Assembly: GCA_944383415.1 (NCBI GenBank)
Contig: CALWPK010000005.1
Coordinates: 2,860-66,859 of the forward strand
Direction of reading: 5' to 3'
DNA: 64,000 nt
Source: an uncultured Clostridia bacterium
GTDB lineage: Bacteria > Bacillota > Clostridia > Christensenellales > UBA1242
The position numbers and the translations under genes were made by a program. Each line of letters starts with the position of its first letter. The stretch's first letter is position 1. Below, in pieces: positions 62,728 to 64,000 of the stretch. The notes under the pieces are model-generated. The model had not been told where the DNA came from, searched no databases, and saw only the letters and a program-made list of their open reading frames with translations.

Positions 62728-64000
62728 ATGAGTAGACAAATAGGGAAAATTGAAAGAAAGTCCAGAAATGGATCAATTGGTTCATTTTTCTTTGGTACAT
62801 TGATTGGCTTGCTCTTTGGTATTGGTGCGATTATAGGCATTGTGGCTTTTGCCTATTTCAAAGTGACTCCGAATTGGATCAATGATAAGTTCAATACGGA
62901 AATTGATTTGGGCAACGATGATTTGAATAGTTTAACTTTGAATACTTTTGTCACTCACGCAGTTAATTTAGGTAAAAATATTGACACTTATACTCTCAAT
63001 GATTTGCAGTCAGATTTTGGGATTGAGATTGACGATGAAATAGCAGGCATCAGTATAATTGATTTAAAAAATGTACCTTTGCCAGAGATGATGCAGGCGG
63101 TACAAAACAAAATTGCAAATATTAGCGCAGACGAATTGAAGAATGCAATAGACTTGTCGGCTCTTGATGAAATTTTGAACAACACAAATACTTATTATTT
63201 CAATATGTCTGACGGCAAATTGTATGAAGAACAAGGATATCTGAATCAAGTAAACTTTGATTATACGATCGATTCATCAAATTTGAAAGTGATCATTAAA
63301 GGCAATGAATTTACTATAACAACCGGGCGGGTAGAGGTGGCATTAAGATATATCCCTCTGTCTGAGGCAGTATCTCAATTTGCGTCTAATATTGATTCAA
63401 ATATCACTATAGGTGAATTGAGAGATGAATATAATGTCACACTACCATCATTCTTCGATAAGGTTGAAGATTCTACTCCTATTGCTGAATTGGAGGAAGA
63501 AATCAATAAATTGTATATCGCAGACTTTTTGAATTATACAATAGTTGGAGATATTGTTTATGACGAACTTGATCAAGAGGTCATTGGAATTATGGCAACA
63601 ATAGCAAAGACAACAATCGCCGATATGGCTGGTCTTGAATCCACCATCGATAATCTAACCATAGCAGAAGTATTGGGTTATACTTATAATGATTTGGAAG
63701 AATCGTATTATGACAAGGATGAAACAAAAGTGGAAGGAGTGATGAACGCCATTGCGGGCTTCACCATTTCGGGATTGAGTGACGGGATAGATACGTTGAC
63801 AATAAGCGATCTATTTGCCCCTGAAGACTTGAATTCGGGCGTACTTTATCTCATTGATAGAAATACAACGATTTCAAATCTGCCAAATGCACTGTCTACA
63901 GCGTTGGAAAGTAGCACTATAGATGAACTAATTTCAGCCGATATTGTGGATTCTCCAGATAAATATTATTCACAATCTGGTGGCACTATTGATGATGGAA
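62728..64000 (+). CDS. Membrane-anchored acidic repeat protein, 3' end outside the window (absent from the ORF track)
   Basis: ATG 62728 after GGGG; begins MSRQIGKIERKSRNGSIGSFFFGTLIGLLFGIGAIIGIVAFAYF. No stop was seen before the window end. Repeats resemble L.IA..L.YT and G.M..IA..TI..L. Confidence 0.8.
   Translation, partial: MSRQIGKIERKSRNGSIGSFFFGTLIGLLFGIGAIIGIVAFAYFKVTPNWINDKFNTEIDLGNDDLNSLTLNTFVTHAVNLGKNIDTYTLNDLQSDFGIEIDDEIAGISIIDLKNVPLPEMMQAVQNKIANISADELKNAIDLSALDEILNNTNTYYFNMSDGKLYEEQGYLNQVNFDYTIDSSNLKVIIKGNEFTITTGRVEVALRYIPLSEAVSQFASNIDSNITIGELRDEYNVTLPSFFDKVEDSTPIAELEEEINKLYIADFLNYTIVGDIVYDELDQEVIGIMATIAKTTIADMAGLESTIDNLTIAEVLGYTYNDLEESYYDKDETKVEGVMNAIAGFTISGLSDGIDTLTISDLFAPEDLNSGVLYLIDRNTTISNLPNALSTALESSTIDELISADIVDSPDKYYSQSGGTIDDG

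Overview
AT-rich chromosomal segment of a low-GC Bacillota (Clostridia-like). Sporulation-associated genes (SpoVB-type flippase, DUF421/DUF4363, LysM) suggest it forms spores. Core genes are rpoB-rpoC, uvrB, pepF, uvrA, groES-groEL, valS with a Val T-box leader, rsmA, sepF, lspA-rluD and tig-clpP-clpX. They are interleaved with very large acidic surface proteins (1284, 1111 and 3670 aa plus one partial, all membrane-anchored, and a BspA-type LRR protein) and several small orphans. No IS, integrase, prophage, CRISPR array, rRNA or canonical tRNA was seen. The most notable signals are: (1) an RNA polymerase with substitutions at normally near-invariant positions in the rifampicin pocket, the active-centre region, the bridge helix and the trigger loop; (2) a GC-rich, near-perfect four-way-junction, tRNA-sized RNA element at 62.5 kb; (3) a promoter-defined operon of two tail-anchored winged-helix proteins with uvrB, mirrored by a tail-anchored HPD-less J-like protein behind uvrA; (4) a candidate ~48-nt antisense sRNA upstream of rsmA; (5) arrays of ~10-bp phased A-tracts; (6) an ADP-ribosyltransferase-like orphan and a HicB-like gene paired with a non-HicA gene. 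All family calls come from reading motifs by eye, with no database searches.
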